A stretch of DNA of 43,892 nt, taken from an uncultured Bifidobacteriaceae bacterium. Its GTDB lineage: Bacteria > Verrucomicrobiota > Verrucomicrobiia > Limisphaerales > JADLHS01. The translations under genes and the position numbers were made by a program. A model generated the notes under the pieces. It saw only the letters and a list, made by a program, of their open reading frames with translations, ran no database searches and was not told the DNA's origin. Positions 41,307 to 43,892 of this stretch are shown piece after piece; the stretch's first letter is position 1; every line of letters starts with the position of its first letter. The stretch lies in contig CAZCZP010000003.1 of NCBI GenBank assembly GCA_964502895.1, positions 1-43,892 of the forward strand. The letters are read 5' to 3'.

Positions 41307-42458
41307 TCAGTGCGCCGTACCAAGTCGTTGCTGATGTTCCTGCATGAGATATCGGTCGGTCATGCCGGCGACATAATCGCAGACAGCTCGATGCAGGCCG
41401 TCTTTGCGAATCCGTTTGCGCGCAGCGCCGCCAATTTTCGCGGGGTGGCCTAAGTAAAATCGGAACAGCTCCTCCAGCATCCGCGCGGCGCGCTGGTTCG
41501 GTTCTTGAACGGCGGGGTTGTAATAGAGGTTCTTGTAAAGGTAACGGCGCAGTTCGAGATTCAACGCGCGGCGCTCGTGGCTGTATTGAACGAGTGGTTT
41601 CGGATGCAGGCGGACATCGTCGGCGGAATTCACCCCAGCCGCTGCAATAAGCCGCTCGCTGGTTGAAACCACGTCCCGCACCTGCAGGTCAATGATGGCA
41701 CGAATGATGGAATAGCGGCGGGCTTCATCCGGAAGTTTGCCGTGTTGCTTTTGCAGAAGGCGTGCGGCCTGATTCCAAAGTTGCACGTCGCGGCGAAGAT
41801 TATTTTCTGAAAGCAACGTCGCATCGAGACCGTCGTCCAGGTCGTGGCTGTAATAAGTAATTTCGTCGGCGAGATTGGCGACCTGCGCTTCAAGCGAGGA
41901 ATTGTTCGCGGAGAAACCCTCCCGCCGGCTTGGGTGACGACCGGGCATGTGGTGTTTGCTCAAACCTTCGCGAACTTCCCAAGTCAGGTTCAGGCCGGAA
42001 AAGTCCGGATATTTTTGTTCCAGCTCCTCGACGATGCGGAGGCTTTGCGCGTTGTGCTCGAAGCCGCCGTGGCCTTTCATCAAACGGCTGAGCACATCCT
42101 CGCCTTTGTGGCCGAACGGAGAATGTCCAAGGTCGTGCGCCAGCGCGATGGTTTCCGTGAGGTCTTCATTAAGTCGGAGCGCGCGGGCGATGCTGCGGGC
42201 GGTGCTCGCCACTTCCATCGTGTGCGTGAGTCGCGTGCGCAAATGATCGCCGGTGCCGTTGAGAAAAACCTGGGTCTTGTACTCGAGCCGCCGGAACGCG
42301 CGCGAATGAATCACGCGGTCGCGATCGCGCTGATATTGAGTGCGCCAGTCGGGTGAGTCCTCCTTGAACTTGCGCCCGCGAGTGTCCGCACTGAATTGCG
42401 CGTACGGCGCGAGGGTTTGACGTTCGATTTGCTCCAGCTCCTGTCGTGTGCGTGGCAT
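41307..42458 (-). CDS. dgt: Deoxyguanosinetriphosphate triphosphohydrolase-like protein (HD-domain dNTPase, short type)
   Basis: DRDRVIHSRAFRRLEYKTQVF…DHLRTRLTHTMEVASTARSIARAL…IALAHDLGHSPFGHKGE…LEAQVANLADEITYYSHDLDDG…VCDYVAGMTDRY are the dGTPase-family signature blocks. Confidence 0.9.
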   Translation of the reverse strand: MPRTRQELEQIERQTLAPYAQFSADTRGRKFKEDSPDWRTQYQRDRDRVIHSRAFRRLEYKTQVFLNGTGDHLRTRLTHTMEVASTARSIARALRLNEDLTETIALAHDLGHSPFGHKGEDVLSRLMKGHGGFEHNAQSLRIVEELEQKYPDFSGLNLTWEVREGLSKHHMPGRHPSRREGFSANNSSLEAQVANLADEITYYSHDLDDGLDATLLSENNLRRDVQLWNQAARLLQKQHGKLPDEARRYSIIRAIIDLQVRDVVSTSERLIAAAGVNSADDVRLHPKPLVQYSHERRALNLELRRYLYKNLYYNPAVQEPNQRAARMLEELFRFYLGHPAKIGGAARKRIRKDGLHRAVCDYVAGMTDRYLMQEHQQRLGTAH

Positions 42459-42500
42459 TCTGGAAACGCAGAATTCAGAACACGGAATGGCATCCCTCGG

Positions 42501-43727
42501 CTAGTTGGCCAGCAAAGCCTGAACAGAAATCCCGCGCAGTTCGCAGAGCCGGCGGATGACGTCTTCGATCAGGTTATTCGGGCAGGAAGCGCCTGCAGTG
42601 ATGCCAACGGTGATCTTACCAGCCGGCAACCAGTTGGGGGTTTCGAGTTCCTTCTGAATGTGTTGGTCGTAATGCTGGATGAGCTTGTCGGACACCATCT
42701 TCGCAGCGTTCTTGACGAAGTAAGTGGCAAGTTTGGCTTCGCCCATCTCGGCCAGGTGTGAAGTGTTCGACGAGTTATAGCCGCCGATGACCAGCAGGAG
42801 GTCGAGCGGTTCGCGTAACAACTTTTCTAGTGCATCTTGGCGGTCTTGTGTCGCTCCGCAAATGGTGTCGAAGAATCGAAAGTGCTTTTCCAGTTCGGCC
42901 TCGCCGTATTTCTTGAGCATCACCGCGCGGAGACGGCGTTGTACTTCTTCAGTTTCTCCACGGAGCATGGTAGTCTGGTTCGCCACGCCGACAGCTTGCA
43001 GATGCACGTCGGGATCGAATCCTTCCGAATATGCGCCTTTGAATTTATCAAGGAACTCAGCTTTGTCGCCACCGTTGAGGATGTAATCACAGACGTAGTC
43101 CGTGTCCGCGAGCGTGAAGACGACCAGATAATGCCCTCCGCCGTAGGCGCGGGCCTGCGAACTGGTGGCCTTGGTTTCTTCGTGCCACGCTTTGCCATGG
43201 ATGATGCTGGTGACGTGGTCCCGCGAGTATTGGCGCACGCGTTTCCAGACGCTCATCACGTCGCCGCAGGTCGTGTCCACTAAGATGCAGCCTTTCTCTT
43301 CGAGTTTTTGCCGCGTGACGACCTCTGTGCCAAACGCCGGGATGATGACGACATCGTCGTTGGTCAGGCGCTCCATTTCCGCAGCGGTGGGTTTATTGGA
43401 AATGGTCTGGATGCCGAGGTTGCGGATCTGGTCGTTGACCTCGGGGTTATGAATGATTTCGCCAAGCAAGAAAATCGGTTTGTCTGGGGGGAAAGATTTG
43501 CGAGCCGCATAGGCGAGGTCAATCGCGCGCTCGACACCGTAGCAGAACCCGAATTCTTTCGCGAGCCGGATGGTAAGATTATCGGCGCGCAGGACGTGCC
43601 CGTTGGCGCGAATCCGCTCGACCAATTGGCTGCGATAATGCGAGAGTACCTGCGCTTGTACGGCTTCCATGATGTCCGGGCGGCGCAGATTGATCTTCTT
43701 GGGCGCGACGGGGGCGGCGGTTGACAT
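42501..43727 (-). CDS. ispH: 4-hydroxy-3-methylbut-2-enyl diphosphate reductase (IspH/LytB), long plant/cyanobacterial-type form
   Basis: GFCYGVERAI, VDTTCGDVMSVW, FDTICGATQDRQDA (three cluster-ligand Cys blocks), GGYNSSNTSHL, and ~408 aa length with an N-terminal extension. Confidence 0.93.
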   Translation of the reverse strand: MSTAAPVAPKKINLRRPDIMEAVQAQVLSHYRSQLVERIRANGHVLRADNLTIRLAKEFGFCYGVERAIDLAYAARKSFPPDKPIFLLGEIIHNPEVNDQIRNLGIQTISNKPTAAEMERLTNDDVVIIPAFGTEVVTRQKLEEKGCILVDTTCGDVMSVWKRVRQYSRDHVTSIIHGKAWHEETKATSSQARAYGGGHYLVVFTLADTDYVCDYILNGGDKAEFLDKFKGAYSEGFDPDVHLQAVGVANQTTMLRGETEEVQRRLRAVMLKKYGEAELEKHFRFFDTICGATQDRQDALEKLLREPLDLLLVIGGYNSSNTSHLAEMGEAKLATYFVKNAAKMVSDKLIQHYDQHIQKELETPNWLPAGKITVGITAGASCPNNLIEDVIRRLCELRGISVQALLAN

Positions 43728-43845
43728 AGCAATGGAAACTTAACATGCGGAGAAACAACGTCGAGCAGGAACTCAAGTGGGTTTCGACTGGATTCTTGCT
43801 CGGCGCGAAAACGCGGCGAATGCATTCCACGCTAAGGATGCCTGG

Positions 43846-43892
43846 ATGGAGCTCGCAAATATCATTGCCGTCACAGCGAATCCTGCCATGAT
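43846..43892 (+). CDS. Start of a probable PfkB-family carbohydrate kinase (1-phosphofructokinase/tagatose-6-P kinase-like); only 15 codons in the window
   Basis: ATG 43846: MELANIIAVTANPAMD… resembles the characteristic FruK/LacC N-terminus (M-I-x-T-V-T-L-N-P-(S/A)-x-D). Very short, so tentative. Confidence 0.3.
   Translation, partial: MELANIIAVTANPAM

Noticed and set aside
41307-42458. dGTPase-like gene as a possible anti-phage dNTP-depletion defence gene
   Set aside because: It is a short (~383 aa) housekeeping-type HD dNTPase next to ispH, with no other defence, mobile or island hallmarks around it. Nothing in the sequence distinguishes it from the core-genome form.
1-43892. Scan for tRNA/rRNA genes, CRISPR repeats, IS elements, integrases and long direct or inverted repeats
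   Set aside because: No T-loop/acceptor-like tRNA signatures, no regularly spaced short repeats and no transposase/integrase-like ORFs were seen by eye. The two large paralogous genes (16228.. and 22379..) are diverged at nucleotide level, so they are not recent repeats. A computational scan (tRNAscan, Rfam, repeat finder) would be needed to be definitive.

Overview
GC-rich (roughly 60% by eye, not computed), gene-dense chromosomal segment with about 33 protein-coding genes. By eye I found no rRNA, tRNA, CRISPR array, transposase or integrase. The gene content suggests a PVC-type (Verrucomicrobiota/Planctomycetota-like) genome, but that is inference only: many FG-GAP/VCBS + ASPIC/UnbV (CRTAC1-like) exoproteins, secreted proteins ending in ...(R/Q)(F/Y)(Y/F)R, a long plant/cyanobacterial-type IspH, and few Shine-Dalgarno sites. 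Gene order: a partial beta-lactamase-family serine hydrolase missing from the ORF track; a hypothetical protein; a Tat-signal flavin reductase-like protein; a LytS/LytTR two-component pair; an MFS transporter + Gfo/Idh/MocA oxidoreductase operon; a secreted esterase. Next comes a ~23 kb block (9.6-32.4 kb) dominated by giant secreted calcium-binding beta-propeller proteins, plus a PA14/Ig-like/LamG-like protein. Inside it is a tight four-gene plus-strand operon (16228-28453) that ends in a full-length homologue of the vitamin K-dependent gamma-glutamyl carboxylase (HTTM domain), with the catalytic Lys and His apparently retained. The block also holds a PQQ-type sugar dehydrogenase-like propeller, a frameshifted AhpD/CMD-family gene and an FG-GAP protein with a CxxCH motif. 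Downstream: an OmpR/HisKA two-component pair, a conserved unknown membrane-anchored protein, a class-I xylose-isomerase-like gene divergent from a hexose-6-phosphate mutarotase, a CII-like HTH regulator divergent from an operon of small membrane proteins (PLDc_N, PspC), a dGTPase-like HD hydrolase, IspH, and the first codons of a probable PfkB-type kinase. The best candidate for something undescribed is the CRTAC1-like / VKGC-like operon. Many long ORFs in the supplied track are Arg/Pro/Gly-rich antisense shadows and were rejected.
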